Source: Escherichia phage DK-13. Taken from it: a DNA stretch of 64,000 bases. Made by a program: the position numbers and the translations under genes. The stretch's first letter is position 1, and every line of letters begins with the position of its first letter. Positions 63,772 through 64,000 of the stretch are shown here, one piece after another. The stretch is taken from the sequence record MT611523.1. The stretch is one strand, 5' to 3'. Under the pieces are notes generated by a model. It was not told the DNA's origin and did not search any database. It was given only the letters and a program-made list of their open reading frames with translations.

Positions 63772-64000
63772 CGTAAAAGGGTGCGCCGTTTCTGCTGTGA
63801 TATAAGGGGACATCAACAAATCGTAAAGATTTATTAATGTCAGTCCTTAAACAGGGAACATCAGTCCGACGACTTACCGGTAGCGACCCGGTTTCTCATT
63901 CAATTGTAATAGCTAATTTGACTTTAACAACCTTATAATTGGAATCAAGGTCATTGAATTCCATAAAATTTGTTGCTAGTCTGCGAGTCGGGAAACTTAG

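Noticed and set aside
63680-64000. Possible tRNA or small-RNA genes in the terminal non-coding stretch, where T4 has its tRNA cluster
   Set aside because: I could not assemble a cloverleaf (no GGTTCGAATCC-type T-loop with matching acceptor stem) on either strand. The region is reported only as tandem palindromes; a tRNA may begin beyond the window edge.

Overview
This window is a contiguous early/middle-gene block of a T4-like (Tevenvirinae-type) myophage, with nearly every gene on the minus strand in T4 map order. Calls rest on reading the translated ORFs for catalytic motifs and on similarity to T4 proteins as I remember them; no database search was run. Recognised genes run dexA, dda, modA/modB-like, soc, 56 (dCTPase), 61, 41, uvsX, imm, 43, regA, 62, 44, 45, 46, 47, 55, nrdH/nrdG/nrdD, 49, nrdC, rI, tk, regB, denV, e, nudE, with capsid-targeting-sequence internal proteins. 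Between them lie arrays of small ORFs without recognisable domains, four HNH homing-endonuclease genes (one on the plus strand), and three plus-strand genes in total. The most notable observations are: (1) two families of near-identical promoter-plus-leader cassettes in front of many early genes; (2) no gene 42, beta-gt or alpha-gt at their canonical T4 loci although dCTPase is retained; (3) an ADP-ribosylation-themed set (ModA/ModB-like, a small Arr-like candidate, a macro-domain protein, NudE); (4) a Pol-beta-type nucleotidyltransferase-like protein; (5) a plus-strand collagen-repeat protein; (6) several paralogue families and DNA-level duplications; (7) covarying tandem palindromes at the window end. 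No CRISPR array, rRNA or convincing tRNA was found. Coordinates of short motifs are hand-derived and may be off by a few nucleotides.
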